Shown in pieces: positions 63,242 to 64,000 of a DNA stretch of 64,000 nt; within the stretch, counting starts at the first letter, position 1; every line of letters starts with the position of its first letter. The position numbers and the translations under genes are program-made. This stretch comes from Monocercomonoides exilis PA203. Its lineage: Eukaryota; Protista; Preaxostyla. The notes beneath the pieces were generated by a model that made no database searches, was not told the origin of the DNA, and was given only the letters and a program-made list of their open reading frames with translations. Location: assembly GCA_001643675.2 (NCBI GenBank), contig LSRY02000020.1:1364001-1428000 (forward strand), given 5' to 3'.

Positions 63242-64000
63242 CTCTTTTTCAATTTCTTTTCTTATTATCAAAATATCTTTCCCAATCATTATCTCTATCT
63301 TTTCTCTTCCTCTTTCTCTTCAACTATAACTTTCTTCTTCTTTCTTTCACACATTCACATTCACACCCTCCCACTCTCTTTTAATTACCACTTCACTCTT
63401 TCCACTTTCTTTCCCTCATTCCTTCTTTTCCTCATTCTCATCCTCTCTCACTCTTTCACTTTCAAAGTTCATTCATTCATTCACTCACTCACTCACTCAC
63501 TCACTCACTCACTCACTCACTCACTCACTCACTCACTCACTCACTCACTCACTCACTCACTCACTCACTCACTCACTCACTCACTCACTCACTCACTCAC
63601 TCACTCACTCACTCACTCACTCACTCACTCACTCACTCACTCACTCACTCACTCACTCACTCACTCACTCACTCACTCACTCACTCAATTATTCATTTTA
63701 TGAATTCAATCAATATTTCACAATTCTTTCAACCATTCAATTTCACATTCATTCAATCCCTCACGAACTGTTTTCTCCTTCTCTTTCTCTTTCTCTTTCT
63801 CTTTTTCTTTCACTTTCTCTTTCACTTTAACTTTTGAAATCGCTTCACATCATTGTGTTTCTCATAATATTCCATTTGAATGTTCGTTGGATGATTTCTT
63901 ATTTTTCTTTTTCATTCATTCAATTAATCATTTATTCATCTATCCATTTGCACTTTCTTTTCTCTCTCATTTTCTTTTTCTTTCTTTCTTTTTTCGAATT

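Larger units (their letters stand above)
45050..64000 (-). repeat. Right 5S rDNA tandem array, 13 genes, unit ~1363-1787 bp (spacer class B), inverted relative to the left array; continues beyond the window end
   Basis: Head-to-tail units each carry the reverse-complement 5S gene. Unit length variation comes almost entirely from the (CACT)n tract. Confidence 0.97.

Noticed and set aside
45172-63384. Repeated ORFs in the right array, including (THSL)n proteins
   Set aside because: THSL is simply the translation of (CACT)n, which has no stop on that strand; frames are not conserved among units.
45897-63686. (CACT)n tracts as telomeric repeats
   Set aside because: They are internal, occur once per 5S unit, are homologous to the short (GAGT)6 in class A, and lack G-runs.

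Overview
AT-rich eukaryotic DNA with spliceosomal GT-AG introns, the standard genetic code and pervasive Ser/acidic low-complexity insertions; this style suggests a protist such as the oxymonad Monocercomonoides (inference only). The window holds two convergent tandem 5S rRNA arrays. The left array has 21 genes on + (unit ~1.3 kb, 1..~27150, spacer class A) and the right array has 13 genes on - (unit 1.36-1.79 kb, ~45050..64000, spacer class B with a hypervariable (CACT)n tract). Both run off the window ends, and the ~118-nt 5S sequence is identical in the two arrays except for a 1-nt deletion in one copy. Between them lies a ~14.5 kb single-copy island of four genes in two divergent pairs: a THOC3/Tex1-like WD40 gene (-), a phytoene-dehydrogenase-like (COG1233) FAD oxidoreductase (+, 9 exons), ribosomal protein uS2/RPSA (-) and a 2125-aa Pumilio/PUF protein (+). 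A ~3 kb zone of degenerate class-B units follows, containing one 5S pseudogene and one unit whose 5S gene is replaced by a protein-coding-like fragment. The many ORFs called inside the arrays are low-complexity artefacts.
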